DNA of 45,483 nt from Planctomycetota bacterium. GTDB lineage: Bacteria; Planctomycetota; Planctomycetia; Pirellulales; UBA1268. The translations under genes were made by a program, and so were the position numbers. The DNA is taken from the NCBI GenBank assembly GCA_003670865.1, contig QWQJ01000070.1, forward strand, positions 1-45,483, in the 5' to 3' direction. Under the pieces are notes generated by a model. That model had not been told where the DNA came from, did not search any database, and saw nothing but the letters and a program-made list of their open reading frames with translations. Shown here in pieces: positions 9,958-19,262 of this stretch; positions within the stretch are counted from its first letter, which is position 1; the number at the start of each line of letters is the position of its first letter.

Positions 9958-12915
9958 ATGGCCGCAGCAGATGCCGTCCTCAAAGCTCAGCGGTCGAGTG
10001 TCTGCACGGCCTGCTCCATGCTCTGCGATGACCTGCTGCCGTGGAGCACGCGAGAGGAACAGTCCTGCGCGTTTGCGCAAAAAGCGTTCGCGGCGGCGAG
10101 ATCGCTCGCTCTTTCTGCCGACGCGTGGTCGCTCGGCCAGCCAGTTTCTCGGCAGGCTGCTCTTATTCAGGCGGCTGATTGGCTCTCGGTGTCCCGGCGG
10201 GTGCTGGTTACGGGCCTTGCCGGAGCGACCCTGGAAGCGATTGGCCAAGCCTGCGATCTGGCGGAACTCCTCGGTGCGGCAATCGATGCCGGAGCAGCGG
10301 AGTCCGCCATCACAGCAGGCCCGACTGTGGCCCGCGTGGGCGCGGTGACGGCTGGGTGGGAGGAACTTCGTGACCGCGCTGATTTAGTTCTCCTTTGGTT
10401 CTGCGATCCGACCCTTTCTCACCCTCGCTTCAGTGAGCTTTTTTTACTTCCGCAAGGCAGCAACTTTACCCGCCGCACGATTGCAGTCGGCCCCAACTCT
10501 GTATTAGGGCTCTGCCCCACGCACCGCCACTGTCCCTTGCCAAGCGGCATGGCGGTTGCTGCAGCCAGAGCATTGCAAGCAGGCCTTACGCGTCCCAATG
10601 CTCAGCCAATTCCAGCAGATCCCCTCAGCCACGCAGCCTCAATGACTGTTTGTGTAAGCCTGCTTGTGGAGGCCATCACCGCAGCCAAGTGCGTGGTAAT
10701 CGTGACGGGCGGTTGTACTGGCAGCGATCTTGAAAAAGGCCACTCTGTCGATCCTCTCGGATTAAAACCGTGGAGCGTAGGGCATCTGGTGCGAGCGATG
10801 GCCCACGTGAAACAGGCTTTTGAAATCCCCTTGGGGCCAGGCATTTGGGCCAGCGGTGCCAATGCAGCCGGTGCGGCGGCCATCTGCACATGGCGCTACG
10901 GCGCAGCGGGTGCCATTGCCCGCGCGGATGCCTTGGGCAGCGAGTTTCTCCCGGCCGAAGCCGACGCTGCCAGATTGATTGCACGCGGCGAGGTTGACTG
11001 CGTGCTGGCGGTAGGACCACTCGAGAAAGCCCTCGAAGCGGCAATTGCGGGGCGTCGCGAGTCGATTTCTGTCGTGCGTGTGAGCGATAGACTGTCACCG
11101 CAAGCCAACAGCCAGCCAACAATTCATCTGCTGTGCGCTAGCACGCTGCTGGCCACATCGGGCACGATGATCCGCGAAGACGGCCGGCAGGTCGTGATTG
11201 AGGCCCAGCCTCGAGCGATCCTCTCTCAAGCGCCGGCTGAAAACGAAGTCGCCTCATTACCGCAGATGGACGCGTTACTCGCAGAGCTGATCACTTGCGT
11301 GGCTGCCTGCCCGAATCGTGTTTCTGATTTGTCCCGCATCACATCAAAAGCCGGAGCCCCAGGCCGAGCTCGTATCCCAGCAAAGACGGCAACTGCGGCC
11401 CAGCGGCTTTCTGAAAACAAGACTTCGGCGTTGCCGGCATTTGTGCTCACAGGTGGCACGATTCACGATCCGGCCAACCAACGAGATGGCGTTGTCGCTG
11501 ACATCTGGGTGGAAAACGGAAAAATTATCGTCCCACCCGCTGAATCCTCACGATTCACTTCTATCGATGCCACCGGTCTTGTTGTCATGCCCGGAGGTGT
11601 CGATCTCCACAGCCACGTGGCCGGCCCGAAAGTTGGGGCCGGTCGGCAGATTGCTCCCTCGCTTAGTCGGGGCAGACCGGCGGCTGTGCCCACGATTCAA
11701 GCCACTGGCGGTCTCTATGCATCGCTGGGCTACACCACTGTCTTCGATGCGGCCATTGCCACGAGCGCCGCTGCAATGGCCCACCGCGAACTCGACTCAC
11801 TGCCGATTCTCGACAAGGGAATCTATTTGCTCGCTAGCGATGATGCCGCTGTGCTGACGGCTCTGGCGGCCAACGATGCCAACCGAGTCGAGCGACTCCT
11901 CGCCGAGACGATCACAGGCTGTCGTGGCTGGGCTGTCAAAGTGGCTAACCCTGGCGGGTCAGTATTTTGGAAGCACGGCCGTCGGGGTGACCACCACGAT
12001 CTCGACGCAGCCCTGCCCATCGGCAAATCTCTCACGCCTCGTCTGATTCTAGAGCGACTAGCGCTAGCCGTGCAGGCGATCGGCCTGCCGCATCCGCTCC
12101 ATGTTCACACTGCTAACCTTGGCCTGCCCGGAAATTATTCCACGCTGCTAGAAACGATGCGCACCTTCGACGGTATCCGCGCTCATCTGGCCCATGTGCA
12201 ATTTCATAGCTACTCAGGCGGCTCGCAGGATCCCGGCACATTTGGCTCTGGAGTTGCACCGCTCGTGGAATGGTTCAACGCCCACGAGGAACTCACGCTT
12301 GATGTCGGCCAAGTCCTCTTTGGCGACACGGTGGCTATGACCGGCGATTCCGCGGCCGCCGAACACCTCGCCCACGCCACCGGCATGCCCTGGGTTTCAC
12401 ACGACTTGTCGCTGGAAGGAGGCTGCGGCGTGCTACCGATCAGCTACCGCGAAAAGAGCCTCATTCATGCCTGGCAGTGGGCCATCGGGCTGGAATGGTT
12501 TTTAACCGTGCGCGATCCGTGGAGGCTTGTGCTTTCGACCGATCACCCCAACGGCGCACACTTCTGTGCCTACCCACTGCTGATGCGGTTACTGGCTGAC
12601 GAGCCCTTTCGCCGCGAGGCCTTCGCGAGAATCCATCCGACTGTGCGCACGCGCAGTCCGCTAGCAAGCATTCGCCGGGAATACTCCCTGCAGGAACTGT
12701 GCATCATCACGCGGGCAGCGCCAGCCAGAATCGCGGGGCTCCCCCAGAAGGGACACCTCGGCATTGGCGCTGATGCCGACATCGTGCTCTATCGTCCCGA
12801 CGCCGACATCTCGCGGATGTTCTCAATGCCAGCCAAGGTTTTCAAAGCGGGCGTCCTTGTCGCCGAAAATGGCCATCTCCGCGACCTGCCTCGGGGTCGC
12901 ACGCTCTCGCGATGA
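9958..12915 (+). CDS. fused FhcB/FwdB-like + FhcA/FwdA-like protein (formyltransferase/hydrolase complex or formylmethanofuran dehydrogenase subunits B and A)
   Basis: Single 985-aa ORF. The N-terminal ~455 aa begin with 'CTACSMLCDDL', as in subunit B. The C-terminal ~490 aa carry the amidohydrolase subunit-A signature 'LTGGTIHDPANQRDGVVADIWVENGKII...IDATGLVVMPGGVDLHSHVAGPKVGAGRQ'. A Lys/Ala/Pro-rich linker spans about 11323-11430. Confidence 0.7.
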   Translation: MAAADAVLKAQRSSVCTACSMLCDDLLPWSTREEQSCAFAQKAFAAARSLALSADAWSLGQPVSRQAALIQAADWLSVSRRVLVTGLAGATLEAIGQACDLAELLGAAIDAGAAESAITAGPTVARVGAVTAGWEELRDRADLVLLWFCDPTLSHPRFSELFLLPQGSNFTRRTIAVGPNSVLGLCPTHRHCPLPSGMAVAAARALQAGLTRPNAQPIPADPLSHAASMTVCVSLLVEAITAAKCVVIVTGGCTGSDLEKGHSVDPLGLKPWSVGHLVRAMAHVKQAFEIPLGPGIWASGANAAGAAAICTWRYGAAGAIARADALGSEFLPAEADAARLIARGEVDCVLAVGPLEKALEAAIAGRRESISVVRVSDRLSPQANSQPTIHLLCASTLLATSGTMIREDGRQVVIEAQPRAILSQAPAENEVASLPQMDALLAELITCVAACPNRVSDLSRITSKAGAPGRARIPAKTATAAQRLSENKTSALPAFVLTGGTIHDPANQRDGVVADIWVENGKIIVPPAESSRFTSIDATGLVVMPGGVDLHSHVAGPKVGAGRQIAPSLSRGRPAAVPTIQATGGLYASLGYTTVFDAAIATSAAAMAHRELDSLPILDKGIYLLASDDAAVLTALAANDANRVERLLAETITGCRGWAVKVANPGGSVFWKHGRRGDHHDLDAALPIGKSLTPRLILERLALAVQAIGLPHPLHVHTANLGLPGNYSTLLETMRTFDGIRAHLAHVQFHSYSGGSQDPGTFGSGVAPLVEWFNAHEELTLDVGQVLFGDTVAMTGDSAAAEHLAHATGMPWVSHDLSLEGGCGVLPISYREKSLIHAWQWAIGLEWFLTVRDPWRLVLSTDHPNGAHFCAYPLLMRLLADEPFRREAFARIHPTVRTRSPLASIRREYSLQELCIITRAAPARIAGLPQKGHLGIGADADIVLYRPDADISRMFSMPAKVFKAGVLVAENGHLRDLPRGRTLSR

Positions 12916-12922
12916 GGGATCG

Positions 12923-14014
12923 CTAGGCCATCGCCCGCTCCACTGCCACAATCTGCCGTATTACCAAGTCTGCTGCTGAAAAGTTCTGTATCGCCCTGGC
13001 TCGCGCCGCCCCGCCATACCGCGCCCACAAGGCATCATCCTCAAGAAGGGCCATCGCCCGCCGGGGAAATTCGCTCTCTGGATCGGCAGCCACAATGCGG
13101 CCCGTTTCCTCTGAGACGATCAACTGGCCGGCTGCATCGCTGGCCACGGCAACCGCACCCACGCCGTGAGCCATGCCATCCAGGATCGCACCGCCGTAGG
13201 CAACGTCACCCGACTGCCAAACCAGTCGTACCTGTGACAACAGATCCTCAACGCAATCGCACTCTGAAACCAGATGCAGCCGCTCAGCGAGTTGCTGCAC
13301 TCGCGCCCGTCGCAAGAGTTGCAGCCGGAGCCGTCCCGATCCAATCAGCACATGTTCTAAATCACGATTGACAACTCCAAGCTGATCGATCGCCCACAGC
13401 AATCGATCCAAACGCGATCGGGCTTCCAGAGGCGCGACGCAAAGGGTCCACTTTTTGTTGGCATCGAGTCCGAGTCTGGCAGCCAACTGCTGCCGTGAAA
13501 GCCGAGCTTCTGCCGCCGCAACGATCCCCGGCGGAATCAACTCAAGTCTCCCGGCGGCCACACCCGCCCGCTGGCAAGCCTGCTGCACTCCCGGCGATGT
13601 GGCAATCACGCAATCTGCCAAACGCAGTGCCCACGCTGTTGCCAGACCTTTAGGCGGCCTCGCAAGATGACTGATCAGCCGCACGCCGGGGCAGTAGGCC
13701 TTAGCCAGAACTCCCGCTTGAGCCTGCGAGCTTCCCCAACAAAAGATCACAGCGGGTCGAACGGCTCCCACCACTCGCAGCAGATGCCTGACGGCTGTCA
13801 GATCAACGCTGGTTCGCCCGTTGAGCCTGTGAATGCCAAACCCTGCCCCGTGAAGTCGCAAAGGCACAGCACCGCCGGAGGTTGTCACGGCCACTTGCAC
13901 CGTCCAGCCCGCATGGCGAAATCCCTCGGCCACAATTTCGATTTGCCGACCGGTGCCGACAGGGTCAAGTCCCCGAATCACCATCAGAATCGATTTGGGA
14001 ATCACGCTCTTCAT
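12923..14014 (-). CDS. GT4-family (group 1) glycosyltransferase
   Basis: The N-terminus 'MKSVIPKSILMVIRGLDPVGTGRQIEIVAEGFRHAGWTV' is typical of the family, and a C-terminal 'EETGRIV' E-x7-E-like region is present. The 470-aa track ORF is an upstream extension that overlaps hpt. I chose the ATG at 14014. Confidence 0.75.
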   Translation of the reverse strand: MKSVIPKSILMVIRGLDPVGTGRQIEIVAEGFRHAGWTVQVAVTTSGGAVPLRLHGAGFGIHRLNGRTSVDLTAVRHLLRVVGAVRPAVIFCWGSSQAQAGVLAKAYCPGVRLISHLARPPKGLATAWALRLADCVIATSPGVQQACQRAGVAAGRLELIPPGIVAAAEARLSRQQLAARLGLDANKKWTLCVAPLEARSRLDRLLWAIDQLGVVNRDLEHVLIGSGRLRLQLLRRARVQQLAERLHLVSECDCVEDLLSQVRLVWQSGDVAYGGAILDGMAHGVGAVAVASDAAGQLIVSEETGRIVAADPESEFPRRAMALLEDDALWARYGGAARARAIQNFSAADLVIRQIVAVERAMA

Positions 14015-14531
14015 GAATGTCGGCCGGCTCCAATTCCGCAAGGTAAGGCAGGTGTCGCCACGCACCGTTGTAATCGAGACCATACCCGACAGCGAACGCA
14101 TCGGGAATGTCGAAACCGACGAAGTCTGGCTTAATCTCCACTTCCGATCGCCCTTGTTTGCGTAGTAAGACAAGTGACCGCACCTGTTTGGCACCTCGGC
14201 AACGCAGTTCCTTGACCAGAGCCTCCATCGTACGACCCGTGTCAAATATGTCGTCCACAAGCAGAACCTCTTGCCCGGCGAGATCGGGCAATAAGTCAAG
14301 CCGCAGCTCGAGGCGTCCGGGCGTTGTGGTGGCACCCCGGTAACTGCTAGCCCACACCATGCTCACGCGGACGGGGCCCTCCAATCGTCGGATCAGATCC
14401 GAAACCAGTACGATGCTGCCGGTGAGCACTCCCACGACAGTGATTGGCCGCCGACCAACATCATCCCGTACTCGTTGGGCGAGCCGAGAGATTCCCTCAG
14501 CCAGTTGCTCGGCGGTGAGCAAAATCTTCAT
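13965..14531 (-). CDS. hpt: hypoxanthine(-guanine) phosphoribosyltransferase
   Basis: It has the PRPP loop 'VLLVDDIFDTGRTM', plus 'VGFDIPDAFAVGYGLDYNG..RHLPY'. I chose the ATG at 14531 (MKILLTAEQ...). Confidence 0.85.
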   Translation of the reverse strand: MKILLTAEQLAEGISRLAQRVRDDVGRRPITVVGVLTGSIVLVSDLIRRLEGPVRVSMVWASSYRGATTTPGRLELRLDLLPDLAGQEVLLVDDIFDTGRTMEALVKELRCRGAKQVRSLVLLRKQGRSEVEIKPDFVGFDIPDAFAVGYGLDYNGAWRHLPYLAELEPADIHEERDSQIDSDGDSGT

Positions 14532-14570
14532 TGCATAAAACCTTTTCTCAGAAAGACATTGAATCAATGA

Positions 14571-15428
14571 ATGAGTTTGAAACTGGCAAAATACGCTACC
14601 CTACTTTCAGCGCAACTCCTACTCGCTAGCGTAAATTTTCTTATGAACCAATCCCTCACATTTCCTTCCCGCTTGCACTGGTCGACGATCACAGTCGACG
14701 GCCACGCATGTGAGATCTACGATCCGCCGCAGCCAGTCAGCGGCCGAGGAATACTCTATCTCCACGGCGTCCGCGAGCGCACGCTGCTGTCATCGCCCGG
14801 CCTTCGAAATGCTCTTGAGGCCGCGAATGTGCCTGTCATCGCACCCCGCGCCGGCCGCTCGTGGTGGATCAACACCATCGTGCCCGCGTTTGACACGCAC
14901 ATCACCCCGGAGCGATTTGTAGCCGAAAATGTCGTCCGTGAAATTGAACGACGCTTTTCTGTCAAGCCTCCCGGCATCGCGATCATTGGCACCAGCATGG
15001 GCGGCCAGGGGGCGCTGCGTCTTGCCTACCGATACCCCACGATCTTTCCCGTCGTGGCGGCCATTGCACCCGCGATCGATTTTCATCTAGCGATGCGAGA
15101 CAGCGACGCTTCTGAAAATGAATCCCTCTACGACACGCTCTGGGACATCTACAGCGATGTCGAACGAGCCCGACAAGACACAGCGATCCTGCACGTGCAT
15201 CCGCTCAACTGGCCACGTAATCAATTCTTTGCCAGTGACCCTGCCGACTGGCAGTGGCACGACGGCGCGGTGCGACTGCACAGTAAACTCGTGGCGCTAG
15301 GCATTCCCCACACGGCCCTGCTAGAACCGCGAGGCGGCCACGGCGACCTCTATGACGATGGCGTTGCCCCGGAAGTCATCCGCTTTGTTATCGATGCTCT
15401 TGATCACGAATCTCGCCGCATTCCGTGA
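14571..15428 (+). CDS. alpha/beta hydrolase, esterase-D/putative-esterase family
   Basis: The nucleophile elbow is 'GTSMGGQGALRLAYRYP', and a C-terminal 'GGHG' His region is present. An alternative ATG lies at 14643. Confidence 0.7.
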   Translation: MSLKLAKYATLLSAQLLLASVNFLMNQSLTFPSRLHWSTITVDGHACEIYDPPQPVSGRGILYLHGVRERTLLSSPGLRNALEAANVPVIAPRAGRSWWINTIVPAFDTHITPERFVAENVVREIERRFSVKPPGIAIIGTSMGGQGALRLAYRYPTIFPVVAAIAPAIDFHLAMRDSDASENESLYDTLWDIYSDVERARQDTAILHVHPLNWPRNQFFASDPADWQWHDGAVRLHSKLVALGIPHTALLEPRGGHGDLYDDGVAPEVIRFVIDALDHESRRIP

Positions 15429-15452
15429 GCATGAGCATTGACTCCCTCCCGC

Positions 15453-18400
15453 TTATGTGCCGGGCCTAGGCCGGTTGACTGGTGTCGCCGGCGTCGCCCC
15501 CATACCGGGTAGTTTCATGCCGGCACCCCCAGCACCACCGAGTTGATCCAGATCGAGAAACCTCGCGTCGTCCACATCCACGCGGTTCTGTGATCGCCAG
15601 TAAAGAATCTTGCCAGCCGATGCACTCGACGGTGCTGCTCCCACACGCAGTTGCCTAAAAAGCTGGGCATCGCTGCGGCCATCTCCTTCAAAGACAAGCA
15701 AGTCTTTGGCCTCACTCCAGGTCAACCGCGCGCTGCGGGCCGTAAACGACTCCCCTTCCACAAGCACGCTGCCCCCAGCGATCAATTCCAATGACGACCG
15801 CCGTTGCCCCGGACTGGGCGGCGTCTGAGCAACTCCCAGCACATCGCTATTGATGCTGACGGCCCGCGGCGGCAAACCCGCGGCAGCGTGTGGATCGAGC
15901 GTATCTTCCCACGTGGCTACAGGTCCCCAGATCGCTTCCACTCGCTGGTGAAATTCCATTGTTCGAGTGTTGATATTGCCCCGCATGCCCCGCTGAAAAT
16001 CGACGCCCAGGTAGGTCAACTCGTCTGGTCGCGGCGGCGGCACAGTTGGCGTTTGGACCGCTCCACTGGGCCCTTGAACAGCCTGGTTTTGAGCCCCCGA
16101 CAGCGACATGCCCGGAGCTTGTCCAAACCGCGTGCTGGCCAACCTACCGGGGCCATTGCCGGATAGATTACCCGTTGCCCGGTCGAGCAAAAGATCGCGG
16201 ACATAAAGATTTTCAACCGACTTTGAGCCGTCGTTACCTGTTGAAGTGCTCTGAATCCGCACGCCACTGCCGCAGGCAACTCGCGCCACATCGGCACGCT
16301 GCGCCGAACGCTGCTGGTTATGAGCGCTAAAATCAATCGGCTGCGTGAAAATCACATCCAGCGAACCGGCCCGTAGAGTCGTTGTGCCGCTGGTGGTGAC
16401 AACGCGATCAATGAATCTTGCGGTCAGTCCGTCAAATTCCATCCGACCTTGCCAAACCACATCGAGCGTGGCAGGCGGTGACCCAGGCACAGGCGGCTTG
16501 GGCGCCGCAGCGGACGCACCTGCCATGCCGAGCGACTCAAGTCCACTCATCCCGTTGGCCATCGGGAGCTTGAGTCGGCCGGCTCCATCGACAGTGAGTC
16601 GATTGCGACCACGATCAAATTCGATCAGCGGCCCGTCTAAGTCGACCCCCCTGCCCTTCACCTGAGCAGGCCGACCCGAGACAACAGCGCGGGCATCAAA
16701 CCGCGTCGCTCGCGAGAGCTGAAGTTGATCGCCGCGTATTTCAAGCGACGCATCCGGGGTGGAATCGCTCGCCAGTCCGGCCGCTGGCAGTCCCACTGTC
16801 AGTGGCTCCTCTACCAGATGCACCTGTCCTTCCAGCGACATCTCTTCAAGTTGATTGCCATCCGGCGACATGCTCACCAATCCCCGCACCAGTGCCCCGG
16901 TGGCCACCAGCTTACCTCGCGTGGGTGGGGCCGGCGAAACCTTGGCCGGTACCTTGGCAGGCACCGTGACCGGCACAGCGGCAGGCGGGGCGACAGGCGG
17001 AGCCGCCGCCACGGCCACGACCGGCACCGCTGGATGACGAAACCAAAGCTCCATACGATCGGTGCGCGCGGTGAGTTGTTCAACATCAATCTCGACCGTG
17101 CCACGAGCCAACATCCGTGCCGGCCGCACGCCAGAGAGATCCGGGCCGGCACTCTGACGGCCTGCTGGAATTGGGAGGGATTGTGCGGCGAGTGGCTTGG
17201 ACTGATTGGCGAACGTCAGCCAAAGATGCATTTCAGCCGCGCTCAGCCGGCCTTGCGTTTCAATCGACACCTCGGCCTCTCCGGCGATCGAGGCGACATG
17301 CCCCTCGCCATCGGGCCGCATCCGCAGCCACTTCCGCCACCGGGCTTGCAGGGGTGGCGATCCCTCCGTTTTAGTTCGTAGCCATCCTGGTCCTACGGCC
17401 ATCAGTGACCCGGGATCGCCAGCTGGGCCCGGAGTATAATCGATTGATCGTGCCTCCATTTCCATGCCTCGTGCCACCAACGAGACCGGTTCTTGTCCAT
17501 CCAGTAAAATTCTGCGCGTGGCGATCTCATAGCCGAGCCGAGCAGCCCGGGCCTCCAGACCTGCCCCACTGCTGCGGGCCACGACCGGTGTGCCGCGAGC
17601 CTGGATTTCCTTTGGCACAAGTCCACCGCGAGCAGGGTGCCCTTGTGTTGCCGCTGCGATCTCGATGGCGGTCGCGGTCGATGGTAGCTCTTTGCGGCCC
17701 AGTACGATGCCCAGCATTTCACAGGCCAATTGATCGCTCGAGCCGCCCGGCATTGTCCGCATCACGTCCACGTGGTCTTCAAATGTGATCACATTGGCCG
17801 CCACATTGAGACAGAGGCTGCCGCGGCAACTCACAAGCACCGGCGGGGCCTCGGCAGAAGCCTGCGGCTGGGCTGCGATAGCAGACGCCACTTGCCCCGG
17901 CATTAAGCCGCCTTCGAGCCCTTCTAACCGCATAGTGACATCGCGATCGAGTCGGATCGAATCAACGCCACCAATATTGGGGCCTTGATCGGCTGGCCCC
18001 GCCCGAGGCAAGAGCTTGGCCACCATCGCCCGACCGCTGCCGCTAGAACGCCCGTACCGAAATTGCACCATTTCATTGGTGCGCAGTTCCATATCCTCTA
18101 GCTCCAAGTCACGGGTGACAATTTCAATGTCGTCATCAACCCCCGGTGCGGTTGGCGTGCCGCGCACCGTGACCTGTCCGCGCAGGCTACCGCCGATCAG
18201 TTTGGCGAGTCTTCCCTGTCGCAGATCGAGTGGCTCATCAAATTCCAAGACCGCGCCTTGCGGCGCACGCAAAATCAGTGTGCGACCTACCGAAGCCTCG
18301 GTCGAGACCCGATTGCGATCGGGTAAAATCACGAGAGTGCAGGGCACGAGATTCACGCGACCGTCGGGCAGCGAGTGGTATTGCTTAAAAAGTAAGCGCA

Positions 18401-18650
18401 TCTGCCGGCTCTCCAGCACGATTGGGTCTTCGCGTTCCCAGGAGCCCACCGGAAATACATCCCCGATGGCCGCGAGTCGATGGTCGGCGCGGGCCCTGAT
18501 GGCAGCCGCCTCCTCGGGAGTCGGCTCGATCGCCGTCACCGTATCGTATCGGCGAGGCTCAACCCAAGGCACCACCGCCAGCCGATAAAAACCCGCCAGA
18601 GCCACAACGATGAGAAACACCCGAGCCGTGCGTCCAAAGCGATGTTCCAT
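15453..18650 (-). CDS. giant N-terminally membrane-anchored protein of unknown function (possible multi-module OstA/LptC/LptA-like protein)
   Basis: The uninterrupted ORF gives 1065 aa from the ATG at 18650; the track start at 18665 is TTG. It has one N-terminal TM helix, 'ARVFLIVVALAGFYRLAVV'. Repeated beta-strand segments are separated by a Pro/Ala/Val linker encoded at 16920-17033. It starts 35 nt after kdsC. The functional call is inference only. Confidence 0.7.
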   Translation of the reverse strand: MEHRFGRTARVFLIVVALAGFYRLAVVPWVEPRRYDTVTAIEPTPEEAAAIRARADHRLAAIGDVFPVGSWEREDPIVLESRQMRLLFKQYHSLPDGRVNLVPCTLVILPDRNRVSTEASVGRTLILRAPQGAVLEFDEPLDLRQGRLAKLIGGSLRGQVTVRGTPTAPGVDDDIEIVTRDLELEDMELRTNEMVQFRYGRSSGSGRAMVAKLLPRAGPADQGPNIGGVDSIRLDRDVTMRLEGLEGGLMPGQVASAIAAQPQASAEAPPVLVSCRGSLCLNVAANVITFEDHVDVMRTMPGGSSDQLACEMLGIVLGRKELPSTATAIEIAAATQGHPARGGLVPKEIQARGTPVVARSSGAGLEARAARLGYEIATRRILLDGQEPVSLVARGMEMEARSIDYTPGPAGDPGSLMAVGPGWLRTKTEGSPPLQARWRKWLRMRPDGEGHVASIAGEAEVSIETQGRLSAAEMHLWLTFANQSKPLAAQSLPIPAGRQSAGPDLSGVRPARMLARGTVEIDVEQLTARTDRMELWFRHPAVPVVAVAAAPPVAPPAAVPVTVPAKVPAKVSPAPPTRGKLVATGALVRGLVSMSPDGNQLEEMSLEGQVHLVEEPLTVGLPAAGLASDSTPDASLEIRGDQLQLSRATRFDARAVVSGRPAQVKGRGVDLDGPLIEFDRGRNRLTVDGAGRLKLPMANGMSGLESLGMAGASAAAPKPPVPGSPPATLDVVWQGRMEFDGLTARFIDRVVTTSGTTTLRAGSLDVIFTQPIDFSAHNQQRSAQRADVARVACGSGVRIQSTSTGNDGSKSVENLYVRDLLLDRATGNLSGNGPGRLASTRFGQAPGMSLSGAQNQAVQGPSGAVQTPTVPPPRPDELTYLGVDFQRGMRGNINTRTMEFHQRVEAIWGPVATWEDTLDPHAAAGLPPRAVSINSDVLGVAQTPPSPGQRRSSLELIAGGSVLVEGESFTARSARLTWSEAKDLLVFEGDGRSDAQLFRQLRVGAAPSSASAGKILYWRSQNRVDVDDARFLDLDQLGGAGGAGMKLPGMGATPATPVNRPRPGT

Positions 18651-18685
18651 GGGTGATGCTTCCAACGAGCGGAGCCGATTTCAAA

Positions 18686-19234
18686 TCAAACGATCGAATA
18701 CCGGCGCACGATCGTCTCCCAACTTCCCCGGGCATGCAGCAGTTGCTCAATGACTTCACGCACCGCCCCCCGTCCCCCGGGAAGGCGTGTGACAAGGGCT
18801 GCTACTCGGACCACATCTGCACAGGCATCGGCCACCGCCACGCCGATGCCACAGCGGATCATGACAGGCACATCAGGCAGGTCGTCGCCGATGAAGGCTG
18901 TTTCTTCCCAGGAAAGACCGCACTGCGCCACGATCTCTGCCGCCACTTCCAGCTTGTTGACAACTCCCTGCCGGACAATGCCAATGCCTAGCTCTGCCGC
19001 GCGGATATCGACAATCCGGCTCGATCGCCCCGTCACGATGCCAGCTCGGCCGCCAGCTTCCTGCCAGAGTTTGAGACCCAGACCATCCCGAATATTGAAT
19101 GTCTTGTGCTCGCTGCCGGCGTCGGTCCATGTCACGCCGCCATCGGTGAGCACACCATCAACATCCAGCAGCAGAAGTTGCACTCGTGCGAGGCGATGCT
19201 CGAAAGACTCGGATCGATTGATCGCAGTGATCAT
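18686..19234 (-). CDS. kdsC: 3-deoxy-D-manno-octulosonate 8-phosphate phosphatase (HAD-IIIA)
   Basis: 182 aa from the ATG at 19234. The HAD motif I is 'LLLLDVDGVLTDG', followed by 'FIGDDLPDVPV' and 'GGRGAVREV', typical of KdsC. It lies directly downstream of kdsD. Confidence 0.8.
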   Translation of the reverse strand: MITAINRSESFEHRLARVQLLLLDVDGVLTDGGVTWTDAGSEHKTFNIRDGLGLKLWQEAGGRAGIVTGRSSRIVDIRAAELGIGIVRQGVVNKLEVAAEIVAQCGLSWEETAFIGDDLPDVPVMIRCGIGVAVADACADVVRVAALVTRLPGGRGAVREVIEQLLHARGSWETIVRRYSIV

Positions 19235-19262
19235 GATTGTTGTTCCTGCCGACAGCCTCCAT

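Noticed and set aside
18016-18588. Several 60-220-aa + strand ORFs across 15600-18600
   Set aside because: All are antisense to the uninterrupted 1065-aa ORF. They are Ser/Arg/Pro-rich with no motifs.
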